IMG/VR virus record: IMGVR_UViG_3300032268_000986
Location: 278,866-342,865 of that record
Length of the DNA: 64,000 nucleotides
Reading direction: 5' to 3' (one strand)
The position numbers were made by a program, and so were the translations under genes. Under the pieces are notes generated by a model that was not told the origin of the DNA, did not search any database, and saw only the letters and a list, made by a program, of their open reading frames with translations. Below are positions 1 through 8,953 of this stretch, in pieces. How positions within the stretch are numbered: position 1 is the first letter of the stretch; each line of letters opens with the position of its first letter.

Positions 1-562
1 TCTGAATTGAGTTAATGGGCTGTGGGTTCAAGGCCCAGTCTGGCCAACCAGTGGGTGCTGTGCCCACGTACTGATTTTTACCATATAAGTCTGGAATGGT
101 AACTACTTGGCTGGGGACGAATTCAGGCATGATGGAATCAACAATGTTGACGTCAGCGCGAGCTCCCGAGTTGGCGTCAACATAGGCAGCTTGAACATAG
201 TTGCCGGCTGTGCGTTCAATGCTGTAACTGGCAGGTTGTGCAGTGATATTGATGGTGTCAGAGGTATCCAAAACTACCTTGACTCGACCAAGACCGGCGC
301 TAAGTATATCCATGGGCTTGGACACAAGAACTTTGTCTCCAGCTTGACTGATCACTCGAAACACAAAGGTGCTTCCGGTGATGTTGACGGGCTTTTGATC
401 TTGATTGATAAATTCAAACAACAATACGTTGTCAACGCCTTTGTTGATGGTGAGTGTTTTTGCGTACACAGGGTCATACCTCGCAGTGAAATAGCCACCA
501 CTGGTGTCAATCAATAAAATTCGGGCAATTTGCTGATATAAGTATGCAGTGGTAGAATACAT
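1..562 (-). CDS. Partial virion structural protein (BppU N-terminal-like), runs off the left edge
   Basis: Not in the ORF track because it has no stop in the window. Manual translation from ATG at 562 gives MYSTTAYLYQQIARILLIDTSGGYFTARYDPVYAKTLTINKGVDNVLLFEFINQDQKPVNITGSTFVFRVIS..., open to position 1. Late promoter ATAAATA lies at 581-587. Confidence 0.75.
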   Translation of the reverse strand, partial: MYSTTAYLYQQIARILLIDTSGGYFTARYDPVYAKTLTINKGVDNVLLFEFINQDQKPVNITGSTFVFRVISQAGDKVLVSKPMDILSAGLGRVKVVLDTSDTINITAQPASYSIERTAGNYVQAAYVDANSGARADVNIVDSIMPEFVPSQVVTIPDLYGKNQYVGTAPTGWPDWALNPQPINSIQ

Positions 563-580
563 GGGATCCTCGATAACAAC

Positions 581-587
581 TATTTAT
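581..587 (-). promoter_or_regulatory. T4-type late promoter (ATAAATA)
   Basis: Plus-strand tatttat, 18 nt upstream of the minus-strand ATG at 562. The same motif precedes many late genes in the window. Confidence 0.6.
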
Positions 588-960
588 GGGCAGTAGCATC
601 TTTGAAACACTAACGGAAAAATATCCGTTTATAACCCTGTGCGTGTACGCCAGTGTGGAATACGTGGGCGTGATACAGAACAGAGACGATGCTGTAACCA
701 CCATCTACGACTTTGGCACGGTGGTCACACCTGAAGATAAACTGCTGTTTCTGGAACTGGCTGCTGTTTGGTGGTGGGAGAGCAATCGCAGCATTCCCAT
801 CAACATATTCTTGCGTCAGGACTGGGAACCATTTCGTTACACTTTGCGCACATTTGTCAACAAGGATCTTGACATACTGCACGGACCCATTTGCAGTCTT
901 AGCGACATTGTGCGCAAGAAAAGCAAACGTAAATCAATCACCCTGGTGCGCAAGCTCTAA
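586..960 (+). CDS. Hypothetical phage protein
   Basis: 124-aa ORF with globular composition, convergent and 4-nt overlapped with the next gene. No recognised motif. Confidence 0.75.
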   Translation: MGSSIFETLTEKYPFITLCVYASVEYVGVIQNRDDAVTTIYDFGTVVTPEDKLLFLELAAVWWWESNRSIPINIFLRQDWEPFRYTLRTFVNKDLDILHGPICSLSDIVRKKSKRKSITLVRKL

Positions 961-1517
961 TCCAGAAGATTCATGTGCAGAGCCACCAAGGCAGCATAAC
1001 TCACTGCATGTGATTTTTTAAACACAAATCCACGGCTGGCGTCGCCGTCCCACACCGAATCAAACACTTGATCCCAGGGTCGTCCCTGCAGGTGTGCCTT
1101 GCCCGGTCTAATAATTGAAATAAAAGCAGCCATTCTAGGCACAGAATCTGGTCGCATCTGTTTCAACAAATCTGTGTAGTTGCCCACATGCACCAGTTGT
1201 TGTGCCCAGGTGGTGTCAGTCCACAATCGTTTCCAGTCTGGCGATTGACTCAACAGTTGTTCATAGTGATCAACGTCACGTATCTGCTGGTACACACTCA
1301 TGTTCAACAGATCAATTTTGAAATATCCACGCTGGTCAGCCGTCTCATAATCCAAGGCCGCACACTCATTAACAGGATCCCAGGGTATGTCAGTGACGTA
1401 TATGCCCGAGTTGTGTCGTCGTATTGTGCCGTTGGATTCCTGGCTGGCCGCGGTGTGGCGAATCAGTGCCAACACACGACTTCGATCAGGAACGTCGATG
1501 TCAATATCTGCGCTCAT
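957..1517 (-). CDS. Miniature DNA polymerase III alpha (DnaE/family C) catalytic-core-like protein
   Basis: Ordered DnaE motifs: ADIDID (PDxDxD), HNSGIYV (HAxG), GYFKIDLLN (KxDxL), IIRPG, FKKSHAVSYA (FNKSHAxxY). Confidence 0.7.
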   Translation of the reverse strand: MSADIDIDVPDRSRVLALIRHTAASQESNGTIRRHNSGIYVTDIPWDPVNECAALDYETADQRGYFKIDLLNMSVYQQIRDVDHYEQLLSQSPDWKRLWTDTTWAQQLVHVGNYTDLLKQMRPDSVPRMAAFISIIRPGKAHLQGRPWDQVFDSVWDGDASRGFVFKKSHAVSYAALVALHMNLLD

Positions 1518-1861
1518 TTTACATCACACAATGCCACAGCAATACGCACAGCATCCTCTGCACGATCTCTAGCCAGCAAGGCATCTGCCACAGTGGGATG
1601 TTTTTTTGCCAACTCATTCATCTTCTTTTCTTCTTCCATTTTCTGTCGTACCCACTGAATGGCTTCTTGAGTTACACCGTCAAGTTCAATCTGTGGTATA
1701 CTTGCACTCAACATCAACCATGAACTGCCGTCATACACTTCCATGCTTGATCCATTGCATCGAACCATACCTGCACTAGGGCGGCTCATGTCAACATAAG
1801 GTGTACTGTAACTGTTGCCGGCAATGTGTATGCCCAGACCTTGTGTGATGTTTCTAATCAT
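1514..1861 (-). CDS. Hypothetical protein with C-terminal coiled coil
   Basis: 115-aa ORF in a tightly coupled minus-strand operon (ATGA overlap). Confidence 0.7.
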   Translation of the reverse strand: MIRNITQGLGIHIAGNSYSTPYVDMSRPSAGMVRCNGSSMEVYDGSSWLMLSASIPQIELDGVTQEAIQWVRQKMEEEKKMNELAKKHPTVADALLARDRAEDAVRIAVALCDVK

Positions 1862-1862
1862 G

Positions 1863-2537
1863 TCACCATCCTGCTTTCTTTAAAAGATCCTTGGTCCATT
1901 CCTGGTCGGCCATGTAGTTGCGAAACTTGGTTTGCCAGCGATCTGAGTCAATGTAAGGCCAGATCATGGCAATTTGTTCTGAATTGAGTTGGCTTAGAAA
2001 CTCTTGGCCGGACTCTGAATTGTAAATGCACCAAGCACTGAGTCTACCAGCCACTATGTCATGACACAGGGCATTGTGGTTGCCATATCTCAACATGTCG
2101 TGACTGGGATGTGTGGTGTGTTCTTGCCAGGCCAAGCTGAGGTTCAGAGCACGTTCCAATGCATCTTGTGGTGCTTCCAGCAACAGATAATCCAACAAGT
2201 ATTCAGTGTACAACTTGTCACTGCACCAGTTGTCAATTTTTTTCTGTGCTCGCAACAACCATATCAAAAATTGCGAGGGATTGATCACTCGGGTGTTAAC
2301 ACAGTATCTTCCCCATTTCACAAATGCTCGATAGTAGGGCGAGTCCGCAAAGTCTTCAAACGTTTTGTTACGAGCCGATCCCTGCATGGTTTCATAAAAC
2401 TTTACATAGGCCTGGAACCCCAAGCGAACACCTGCTTCGTGCTGTTCCAGTCGGCGTCGTTTGGGTTCACACATGTGAACAGCAACCGAACTTTCTTTAA
2501 AAAATTCTTTTTTGCAAAACTCACACGTATAATTCAT
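1863..2537 (-). CDS. Hypothetical protein with N-terminal zinc-finger-like motif
   Basis: CEFC-x12-HMC at the N-terminus; operon-coupled. Confidence 0.75.
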   Translation of the reverse strand: MNYTCEFCKKEFFKESSVAVHMCEPKRRRLEQHEAGVRLGFQAYVKFYETMQGSARNKTFEDFADSPYYRAFVKWGRYCVNTRVINPSQFLIWLLRAQKKIDNWCSDKLYTEYLLDYLLLEAPQDALERALNLSLAWQEHTTHPSHDMLRYGNHNALCHDIVAGRLSAWCIYNSESGQEFLSQLNSEQIAMIWPYIDSDRWQTKFRNYMADQEWTKDLLKKAGW

Positions 2538-3256
2538 TCTAGTATTGTATTACGTTTGATATAGTCTGTCAAGTATTCATTGACCCGGCCATGATGTCCA
2601 GGTCTACGATGGCGAAACTCCGGTGGGGGAGGAGGATCATTGCGTATGGCCGATTGTGGTACGCCTTGTTGATGTTGCCAGTGAACAGCCGGCCAACGAT
2701 ACCGATCAACAAACAGCACGGGGTCACCAAAAATGTCCAATCGAGGATCTTCCAGATGCTGCAACATTTCTTGTTCGGGTTGATCGCTTATCTGCCGAAA
2801 CACCAACAATCGATGTCCGTACGGTTCTAACAACAGCCTCAACGACAACAATTGATAACTCAAATGTTCCAGCATGTCCAACATACCATACACATGAGCG
2901 TCAAAATTTAGATCCGCCCATTCATGAGTTTTTTCCTGCGTCCAAGGACCTAGATATTTTTCTTGATGTCTTGATTGTGGATTGATCCAGGTGCCTTCAA
3001 ATTTATCATCAGACGGGGACACTGGTATTTCCCAACGATTCATAAAGCTCATGCCCAGCAAGTAAAACGACGGTCGGCGATTGTTCTGATGTGCATGCTT
3101 GGCAGTGGTTCTTATGATTCTTGAATTGCAACTACCCCCCAGGGCCAGATTTTCACATGATTGCATGCCCAGACGATCAACTAGGTCATGAGCCCCGCCA
3201 CCACTGGCATACACATCCATGTAACTGCATCCATTGACTACCAAATGCTTTATCAT
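2534..3256 (-). CDS. SGNH/GDSL-hydrolase-like protein
   Basis: N-terminal LVVNGCSY block and NLALGGSCN block; paralogous motif set in 39984-40706. Confidence 0.5.
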   Translation of the reverse strand: MIKHLVVNGCSYMDVYASGGGAHDLVDRLGMQSCENLALGGSCNSRIIRTTAKHAHQNNRRPSFYLLGMSFMNRWEIPVSPSDDKFEGTWINPQSRHQEKYLGPWTQEKTHEWADLNFDAHVYGMLDMLEHLSYQLLSLRLLLEPYGHRLLVFRQISDQPEQEMLQHLEDPRLDIFGDPVLFVDRYRWPAVHWQHQQGVPQSAIRNDPPPPPEFRHRRPGHHGRVNEYLTDYIKRNTILE

Positions 3257-3696
3257 TTGACATCTCGTCCCAATTGTCGATCGTGATCGTCCAGGTCTTT
3301 GGTAGAAACCACAGTCATCATGACATCCAGTTCGTCATCTCGATAAGTGGGATACAACTCCTGTAGACGCTTTCGTTTGGCACCGGCTCCGGCTTCTTTT
3401 TTCTTGGGCGCAACCCAGTTGTGCTTCATTGCCCCCAAGCCCGGGCTCACGGCAGTGGCACACAACCACTGCAATTTGGGGTGCCGGCCAATTGTGAAGA
3501 AGTGTTTGTTCAAGTAGTGGTTACAACTTTGCACATAGTACTCTTGCAACTCCTGAGCACCGTCCACACAACTACCCCAACGGATCATGAGAAAAGTACT
3601 GAACTTCTTGAGCTCTTCTGTGGTAAGACTGTTGTAGAACTCTCGGTTCTTGACGTCCAGTTGACGCATCTCGTTGTGTATTGATAGCTTATCCAT
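3253..3696 (-). CDS. Putative clamp-loader small subunit (T4 gp62-like)
   Basis: Start revised to ATG 3696 (MDKLSIHNEM). Size and pattern (FLMIRW...LNKH...QWL...KHNWVAPKKK) resemble gp62. Confidence 0.5.
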   Translation of the reverse strand: MDKLSIHNEMRQLDVKNREFYNSLTTEELKKFSTFLMIRWGSCVDGAQELQEYYVQSCNHYLNKHFFTIGRHPKLQWLCATAVSPGLGAMKHNWVAPKKKEAGAGAKRKRLQELYPTYRDDELDVMMTVVSTKDLDDHDRQLGRDVK

Positions 3697-4747
3697 ACTT
3701 GAAAATTTTCCTATAGACCTGTTGTTGGACTGGCAAATGTTGAAACCATCCCTCACCCCGGGTGTGATCCATCATGAGCTGGCGTGCTGTGAACTTCCAC
3801 CAGGCCTGAGTATTGTCCACTGTGCGCAGTACATCAATAGCTCGATCAATGTTGACATGCCGATGTGGTGCTGTTTCCAACTTGGCAATCAAATTGTCTC
3901 GAAATTCCCAGGGAATCAAGCCCAGTCCCTCTGCACCATCAGGATTGGCCAATACTGGTTGGAACGCATGTTCCGTGACCTGTTGCTGTGAAAGATAGTC
4001 AAACAATTGATCTATCCACCAAACATTAATGGCACTGATCACTGGTGCATAGGATAATTGTACATAAGATTGTGATTTACACCAAGCAATATTTTCTTCA
4101 ATTTGACTCCATTTGGTGCCACTGCGAACTATTTCGGCAATCTCTCCCACGGCATCAATGCTGGCATTGACATTGATATACTTGAACTTGGACCAGTAGT
4201 CTTTCACGTGTTTGTTCTTGTAGCCCAACACAGTCATATTGGTGCTGTACATCACACGAGGTTGCACCCGAGCTGCAATCAATTTTTCCAACAGCTGATA
4301 GTGCTGTGGATTCAGCAGTGGTTCACCGCCGGCAAAATACACCTGTTGACAATGACTCAAGTCAATGTCGCCCAATTCAACTTCTTCGTGTAAATGAATC
4401 ACCTGTTGACCCAGTTCACTGGCCCAGCTGGTGCTGAATCCTGGACCACAACTGCGACATTTCAAATTGCAGAGATTGTTGTTTCTAAAATCCAAGAAGT
4501 GAACCTGCAAGTTGGTCAAGTCAGTGGGATAGTGCTGAAACATCTTACGCCAGCCTTCTCGCTCAGGTGGGCATGAGTTCATGCACTCCTGAGGAATTTC
4601 ACCTCGCAAAAAAGCACCGCCTACTACGTCACGAACCTGTTCAGGACTGTCAAAGTGATCGCCGCCCCAGCTGCAACAGGGTGTGAACTTGCCGCCAGGC
4701 ATGTAGGTGACTGCGGTCCATGGAGCCTTGCAATAGATTTCACTCAT
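3689..4747 (-). CDS. Radical SAM protein with N-terminal twitch/SPASM-like Cys cluster
   Basis: CNLKCRSC (CxxxCxxC), FAGGEP, and N-terminal YCKAPW...PCC...C...C. Confidence 0.9.
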   Translation of the reverse strand: MSEIYCKAPWTAVTYMPGGKFTPCCSWGGDHFDSPEQVRDVVGGAFLRGEIPQECMNSCPPEREGWRKMFQHYPTDLTNLQVHFLDFRNNNLCNLKCRSCGPGFSTSWASELGQQVIHLHEEVELGDIDLSHCQQVYFAGGEPLLNPQHYQLLEKLIAARVQPRVMYSTNMTVLGYKNKHVKDYWSKFKYINVNASIDAVGEIAEIVRSGTKWSQIEENIAWCKSQSYVQLSYAPVISAINVWWIDQLFDYLSQQQVTEHAFQPVLANPDGAEGLGLIPWEFRDNLIAKLETAPHRHVNIDRAIDVLRTVDNTQAWWKFTARQLMMDHTRGEGWFQHLPVQQQVYRKIFKYG

Positions 4748-4991
4748 GTGTTTTCCTCAAATTATACAGCACAAACAACTTGTCCAGCAACTCTTTCATG
4801 TCGGGATGTTGTTCACACATGACCAAGACATCATTGATTTGATTCATCATGCGTCTGGTGGGTTCACTCACCGTGGATGAGTTCTGCTCAATGCCAATTA
4901 ATCTGCGTTTGGTCTGACCAAATTCACGTGCATAGATTCTGTTGTCCACACGTTCATAAATGTAAGTGGCTCCGGGGGTCAAGGTTCCCAT
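4740..4991 (-). CDS. Small hypothetical protein
   Basis: 83-aa operon-coupled ORF. Confidence 0.7.
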   Translation of the reverse strand: MGTLTPGATYIYERVDNRIYAREFGQTKRRLIGIEQNSSTVSEPTRRMMNQINDVLVMCEQHPDMKELLDKLFVLYNLRKTHE

Positions 4992-4992
4992 G

Positions 4993-5493
4993 TCACCAGG
5001 CCTTGTTGTAATCCACTATCTCACAGTTACGACTTACGTCCTTGGCAAAATAAATGCAGTCAGGATCAGGATCATCAGTGAGGGGTACGGCCAACAATTG
5101 TCCGTTCTTGAGCTTGGGTGCATACCATACCACTTCATGATATACATCCAAGATTTCAATGTCGGGAAAACTGGGTCTAAAACTGCTGAGTGGGTTGAAT
5201 TGAAACACTCGGAATCCACGATCGTTGATTGATGTCAAGGGCAGCATTTCCAGGTCGCCAATTTCGGGCTCCCCAATCAAGATTTGCCAGTCCATAGGCA
5301 TTTTGATCACATTGTCTCCAATGCGCAGTACTAGAGCAGGACTGTTAAAACTCTCTAGAAATATCAAAGGAATGTAAAAATAATCTGGGTTGTTGGGATC
5401 TGAGTTGTCTAGTATTGCAAACCTCATGTCATCGATTTCATCCGGAAGATGGTCTAGATCAAAGTGCGTGTTTTCTAATGTTAATATTCTCAT
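4993..5493 (-). CDS. Hypothetical protein
   Basis: 166-aa ORF directly downstream of uvsW, with natural composition. Confidence 0.75.
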   Translation of the reverse strand: MRILTLENTHFDLDHLPDEIDDMRFAILDNSDPNNPDYFYIPLIFLESFNSPALVLRIGDNVIKMPMDWQILIGEPEIGDLEMLPLTSINDRGFRVFQFNPLSSFRPSFPDIEILDVYHEVVWYAPKLKNGQLLAVPLTDDPDPDCIYFAKDVSRNCEIVDYNKAW

Positions 5494-5499
5494 GGTTCT

Positions 5500-6969
5500 T
5501 TACTTGATGATCATCCATTCCAGTTTTTCCTGGGTGAATGGATAATTTGCTTCGCGATAAAACTGCTTGCGCTTGGTAAGATGTCGCTTGGCAAATTTGC
5601 ATGTAGAGGTGATGTCCCAGATCTCCACATGGTCTTTGTCTTCGGCCTTTCTAATGCCTCGTCCAATACTTTGTATAACTCTAACAAAACTCTTGCCAGG
5701 TTCTACCAGTACTAGATTAAAGATACGGGGTATATTGATGCCCACAGCAGCCACGCCGTATGTGGCCACAATGATTTTGTCTGTTGCATCGGCCACTGCA
5801 TCGTATTCGGCCTGGCGCTTGGTTCCCTTGGTGGCGCCTGACACAAACACCGCCCGGTCGCCCAGCCGCTCGACCAGTTGACGACCGCATTCAGTTCGAT
5901 CAACCAAGACCAGGGTGTTGCCAGTTTCATTCACTCGAGTGACCAAGGCCGCCATGGTGTCCAAGCGCCCGGACTCTTCCAACAAGTATTTGAGTTCGCT
6001 TTGATAGTCTTTGTACTCCACATGGTCAACCAACTGTACAATGTTCACATGACAGTTGGCCAGTACACCACGATCCTGTAGCTCACTTGCAGCCAGGCGG
6101 CTCACCACTGGTCCTAAACTTACCAACAATGCCTGACTTTCAAACTTTTCCTTGGGCACAGTTCCAGTCAACCCCCAACGAATCGGCACTCTTGACAACA
6201 CCCCGGCCAACAAGGTCTTGAGCGCATCAGCCTTGGCCATGTGTACTTCGTCTACAATTACACAGCAAACATCCTCAATAAAGTCATGTATGGTAAAGTT
6301 GGCTAAACCGCTTTGTGTGGTTTTCATCAAGTTGTTGAGACTCTGCCAGGTACAGATGGTGTGCTTTTTGCCCAGGTCTTTGCGGTCGCCAAAGTAAACA
6401 CCCACGTCTAGCCCCAAGTTCACGTAGTCTTTCTCAGTCTGTGTCACAAGGCTTTTGTTGGGCACAATCACAAGACTGCGGCCATAGGGCTCAATGCTGG
6501 CACTCATGGCCGCTGTCATTAGGGTTTTGCCGGCGCCTGTGGCCACTTCCTGAATGCACTGTGGGTTCTCTAAGAAGTTGTTGATGATTTCAATTTGATA
6601 ATCACGCAACATCACAGGCTCACCGGCTGCTGGGTGTCCTGGGGGCCAGGTCTTGTGTGAGAACGAGTGTTCCTCAAACGGAGAGAACTCAAATTGTATG
6701 GAATAATCTCTCTGATCATCCAGCTCAATGTCATAACCATAGTGTTCTAGAATAGGCACAACCTCGGGCAGTAAGTTCACATAGGTTGATCCGCCCAATT
6801 GAAAATATGCTACCTTGCCATCCCAGCGGCCTAGCCTCACAGCCGGCAGATATCGTGCAGCCGGATTCTCATACTTGAATGTGTTCACTAGCTTTTTGCG
6901 AACGTCAAGGTCAAGTCCTTCGACTTTGATATTGACTTCGTCTCGAATAATTATGGTTGCAGTTTTCAT
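5500..6969 (-). CDS. uvsW: UvsW-like SF2 DNA helicase
   Basis: LRDYQ Q-motif, ATGAGKT, VDEVH, GLTGT, ATYGVAAVGINIPRI, QSIGRGIR; N-terminal RWDGK typical of UvsW. Confidence 0.9.
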   Translation of the reverse strand: MKTATIIIRDEVNIKVEGLDLDVRKKLVNTFKYENPAARYLPAVRLGRWDGKVAYFQLGGSTYVNLLPEVVPILEHYGYDIELDDQRDYSIQFEFSPFEEHSFSHKTWPPGHPAAGEPVMLRDYQIEIINNFLENPQCIQEVATGAGKTLMTAAMSASIEPYGRSLVIVPNKSLVTQTEKDYVNLGLDVGVYFGDRKDLGKKHTICTWQSLNNLMKTTQSGLANFTIHDFIEDVCCVIVDEVHMAKADALKTLLAGVLSRVPIRWGLTGTVPKEKFESQALLVSLGPVVSRLAASELQDRGVLANCHVNIVQLVDHVEYKDYQSELKYLLEESGRLDTMAALVTRVNETGNTLVLVDRTECGRQLVERLGDRAVFVSGATKGTKRQAEYDAVADATDKIIVATYGVAAVGINIPRIFNLVLVEPGKSFVRVIQSIGRGIRKAEDKDHVEIWDITSTCKFAKRHLTKRKQFYREANYPFTQEKLEWMIIK

Positions 6970-6976
6970 TACTGCA

Positions 6977-7005
6977 ATTATATATTAGTCAATTGCAAAA
7001 GTCAA
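6977..7005 (-). promoter_or_regulatory. sigma70-type early promoter for uvsW
   Basis: TTGACT-17 bp-TATAAT; the ATG lies 7 nt after the -10 box, so the mRNA is probably leaderless. Confidence 0.8.
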
Positions 7006-7015
7006 ATTATCTGAC

Positions 7016-7046
7016 AAAAAAACAGGCACCTTTTTAGGGGTGCCTG
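7016..7046 (-). terminator. Rho-independent terminator
   Basis: CAGGCACC-8 nt loop-GGTGCCTG followed by T7 on the minus strand. Confidence 0.85.
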
Positions 7047-7099
7047 CTGTAAAGCCTGGGCCGGAGCCAACCGTTTTTGCCCAGGAAAACTTTAAAGTC

Positions 7100-7324
7100 T
7101 CATTCTTTTGTGCTGACTGTGGTCTTGAACAAAAAGCCACACAATATTGTCAAGCCCCAGGCCTGCAACCAGCTGACTTCGCCAACACCTGCCACAGCAC
7201 CCACCAAGCACCCGTTCCACAACATGTACACAGGCCAACTCAGCAAGAAACTGATCAATACCAAGGTTGCTAGACCCAACACAACTGCACCAACAATCAC
7301 TGCAATTTTTTCCATTTTAGGCAC
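7100..7324 (-). CDS. Small membrane protein
   Basis: 74 aa with two hydrophobic segments; overlaps the stop of the ATPase gene. Confidence 0.7.
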   Translation of the reverse strand: MPKMEKIAVIVGAVVLGLATLVLISFLLSWPVYMLWNGCLVGAVAGVGEVSWLQAWGLTILCGFLFKTTVSTKE

Positions 7325-8339
7325 TCTTCATAACAGTGGTTTCTGCCATGCGTTTCCAGTTGCCTGGAAAGCTCTTGCGCAAGTCTGCAATCTTCAGCGC
7401 CATGCGCAGGCTCATCTCACGCAACCGAGCTTGGTTGGTGTTCATGAACTCAATGATGTCGTCCTGTACGCACTCTTCAAAGTCGTAGTCAGCAAACAAC
7501 ACACCGTCCTTGGCAATCTGCTTGATACGCAGGATCTTGTCACGCATGGTGTCCAAGGTCAAGTCTAGGTAGTGACAGCGTGACTGCAATGCATCCAAGT
7601 GATCACGAAGTTTCTGGCTCTTCATGCTGTCAAACTTCAAGTTAGTGATAAAGATCACCGAACCCTTGAACTCAAAACTGTCTGGAATGCCTTCGCGACG
7701 CAGAGTGCTGGACTCTGACAACCAGGAAATCTTGCGCTTCTTGCCGGAGTCAAGAGCGCCCTTGAGCAAGTTCAAGCTGACATCGTCAAGCAAGATTGAG
7801 TCACAGTCATCAAACACCACCACACAATTGGTGTCAGAATATTTGTACAAGGTCTGGTACAGGCCAATTGGGGTTGCCGAGCCTTTAACAACTTCGGCAC
7901 GGAGTCGCTTGCCAGCCAGCTTGTCCAGCAATGTGGCTTTTTCAATTTCTTGTTCCACACCAAAGCTCTTGCCCACGCCGGGAGGACCTGACACAATCAT
8001 AGCACGGATGTCGCCGTTGACACAGGCCTTGCTCATCTCATGCAAGATGTCAAAACGCTCGCGAATGCGATCCATTGCTTCGTCTTCAGTTTCCGCTGTT
8101 ACCACGGGCTTTTTTAATTGTACGGTGTTGTCTTGTATCATGCCGTTAGTATACTCTAGATCTCGAATGCTGTCAACCCGCACTCTTACCACATCAAACT
8201 CGGCACCAAAATAGCCGTTGCTCTTGACAGTGACGTAGCCGCCTTTGGCTCCAGTTTGGAACCCTTTGACAAGTTCAAAAGTGGCACCTTTTACAGGCTG
8301 GTTGCGATAAACACCGTTTAAAATACGAATTGCGCTCAT
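7317..8339 (-). CDS. AAA+ family ATPase
   Basis: Walker A SGPPGVGKS, Walker B VVVFDDCD, sensor-1 IFITN, Arg finger SRC; SD AAGGAG. Confidence 0.85.
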   Translation of the reverse strand: MSAIRILNGVYRNQPVKGATFELVKGFQTGAKGGYVTVKSNGYFGAEFDVVRVRVDSIRDLEYTNGMIQDNTVQLKKPVVTAETEDEAMDRIRERFDILHEMSKACVNGDIRAMIVSGPPGVGKSFGVEQEIEKATLLDKLAGKRLRAEVVKGSATPIGLYQTLYKYSDTNCVVVFDDCDSILLDDVSLNLLKGALDSGKKRKISWLSESSTLRREGIPDSFEFKGSVIFITNLKFDSMKSQKLRDHLDALQSRCHYLDLTLDTMRDKILRIKQIAKDGVLFADYDFEECVQDDIIEFMNTNQARLREMSLRMALKIADLRKSFPGNWKRMAETTVMKSA

Positions 8340-8384
8340 TTGTTGGCTCCTTGTGAGTGCGGGTTATTTACTTACTAAGCTTCT

Positions 8385-8413
8385 ATTATAACAAATCTGG
8401 GTTTATTGGTCAA
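8385..8413 (-). promoter_or_regulatory. sigma70-type early promoter
   Basis: TTGACC-17 bp-TATAAT upstream of the ATPase gene. Confidence 0.85.
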
Positions 8414-8585
8414 CCGGAGCAAACATTTTTTGCCCGTGTTGCATAAAAACAACAAACGCTGCCATGGTTTTTTCACTGTAGACCATGCTACCATGTCGCT
8501 GAATGTCTTGCAAGAGTTCCAAAAATCCCATGCCCAAAAACTCTTGTTCTTTGTTGAGTTGGGCAATTGCTGTGGCTATTTGCAT
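8403..8585 (-). CDS. Small early hypothetical protein
   Basis: 60 aa, SD GGAG, own sigma70 promoter. Confidence 0.75.
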   Translation of the reverse strand: MQIATAIAQLNKEQEFLGMGFLELLQDIQRHGSMVYSEKTMAAFVVFMQHGQKMFAPVDQ

Positions 8586-8611
8586 ACTGGCTCCGTTTTG
8601 TTAATCTATGC

Positions 8612-8648
8612 TATATTATAGCAAAATGGCGAATTTTGGTCAACCACT
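8612..8648 (-). promoter_or_regulatory. sigma70-type early promoter, copy 1 of a 37-bp exact direct repeat
   Basis: TTGACC (8638-8643)-17 bp-TATAAT (8615-8620); identical to 8917-8953. Confidence 0.85.
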
Positions 8649-8679
8649 CTAATTGTGGCTTTTTTACAACAAAAATTGC

Positions 8680-8889
8680 TTATTTTTTAAGCACTTCGTA
8701 GAATTGCAGGTTGATAGCATCCATTTCCTCTTGGGAAACGTAGAAATCTGTGGTGGGATCGTAGTAGGCGCCCTCTTTGTTGTCATAATACAACACTCTG
8801 CCCGAGAAGTTAAACGGGCCTTCAAGGCCTTTACGCGGTTCATATTTGGTACGCATCATGTCCACTGTGTCAACGACCTTGTAACCCAT
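8680..8889 (-). CDS. Small early hypothetical protein
   Basis: Start revised to ATG 8889 (MGYKVV), which has an AAGGAG SD and a promoter. The longer ORF call simply reads through the promoter. Confidence 0.8.
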   Translation of the reverse strand: MGYKVVDTVDMMRTKYEPRKGLEGPFNFSGRVLYYDNKEGAYYDPTTDFYVSQEEMDAINLQFYEVLKK

Positions 8890-8916
8890 TGCTGGCTCCT
8901 TGTTGCTGTCTATGTG

Positions 8917-8953
8917 TATATTATAGCAAAATGGCGAATTTTGGTCAACCACT
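8917..8953 (-). promoter_or_regulatory. sigma70-type early promoter, copy 2 of a 37-bp exact direct repeat
   Basis: TTGACC (8943-8948)-17 bp-TATAAT (8920-8925). Confidence 0.85.

Noticed and set aside
107-704. Track ORFs 107-517 (+) and 507-704 (-)
   Set aside because: They overlap the uncalled minus-strand gene 1-562, which has the late promoter and natural protein sequence.
7054-7086. CCTGGGC/GCCCAGG inverted repeat upstream of the terminator
   Set aside because: A single 7-bp stem with a long loop in a 3' UTR; insufficient evidence for a distinct RNA element.
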